This document shows, piece after piece, positions 63,387-64,000 of a DNA stretch of 64,000 bases. This DNA comes from Camelus ferus. Taxonomy: Eukaryota. Below the pieces are notes generated by a model, which worked only from the letters and a program-made list of their open reading frames with translations, did no database searches and had not been told where the DNA came from. The DNA lies in contig NC_045696.1 of the NCBI RefSeq assembly GCF_009834535.1, positions 53,508,001 through 53,572,000 of the forward strand, read 5' to 3'. How positions within the stretch are numbered: position 1 is the stretch's first letter; each line of letters starts with the position of its first letter. A program made the position numbers and the translations under genes.

Positions 63387-64000
63387 CAAACAGTATGTGC
63401 TTAACATGTCGCCATCTTTTAAGAGGCAAGGAAATGAATCTATGGCTGAAGAAACCCAGGCATAGACAGAACGAGTGAGCACAAAAGAATGAGGAGCAGC
63501 ACAGTCCTCTCACTGCTCCTAAACCACACCATGGGTTTAGGAGCTACTGGATAAAGAGCTACTGGAGCTTAGCCCTAGAACCGCGGGGCACTAAAAGAGA
63601 ACCCATACCCCAAGCCCCAGCAAACAGCTGGTTTATTTGTCGAAGGGTGAAAGATGAACAAATTTCCAGTGGACTTAAAATAGGGAAATTGAGGAGAGCT
63701 TGTCTACTAAATTACCAAGTAATAAAGAGGCATTCTTTCCTTCGCAGGACTACAAGTTGGACTGAAAAGCATCTTGCTAAGATGCTCTAAACCAAAAACT
63801 TCACCCATCCCCTTCCAAAACTTTTACATGGCTTTATAGAAAGCAGTTTCTTTTTTTTTTTTTCCATAACAACTCTCATCTTAAGGTCTGTATCAAATCC
63901 CAGTGTTCTACCTCATCTCAGAAGTTCCTTCTTCAGAAAATCATCCTTATTATTCTGTTCTCTCTCACCCTTGGCTAAGAACTAGGAGATCTTGTCTCTG

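Noticed and set aside
390..63513. The remaining 60-125 aa ORFs in the six-frame track
   Set aside because: Lengths expected by chance; many lie in repeats or microsatellites and none resembles a known protein, apart from L1 ORF2p.
1..64000. CRISPR arrays, operons or other prokaryotic/viral systems
   Set aside because: No regularly spaced repeats and no gene-dense segments; the sequence is mammalian throughout.

Overview
AT-rich mammalian non-coding DNA (large intron or intergenic). It is almost certainly from a camelid, based on a tRNA-Ala-derived Vic-1-type SINE at 49315-49499 and camelid-type L1 3' ends. I recognise no cellular protein-coding gene, rRNA, tRNA or CRISPR array. The only ORF with a recognisable product is the C-terminus of LINE-1 ORF2p in a young, 5'-truncated L1 (31387-32107, perfect 17-bp TSD). 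Much of the window is interspersed repeats: L1s of several ages, L2, MIR, MaLR/ERVL/ERV1 solo LTRs, and MER2, MER20 and MER104-type DNA elements, several of them nested. Family names come from recalled consensus sequences, not from a database search. The best leads outside the repeats are: (1) a candidate regulated 32-nt minus-strand exon with a 96-nt AG-free pyrimidine tract (14256-14287); (2) a pre-miRNA-like hairpin (22981-23038); (3) a 38-bp segment apparently copied 3.7 kb into a TA-rich site; and (4) several enhancer-like motif clusters. I found no convincing evidence of a novel multi-component biological system.
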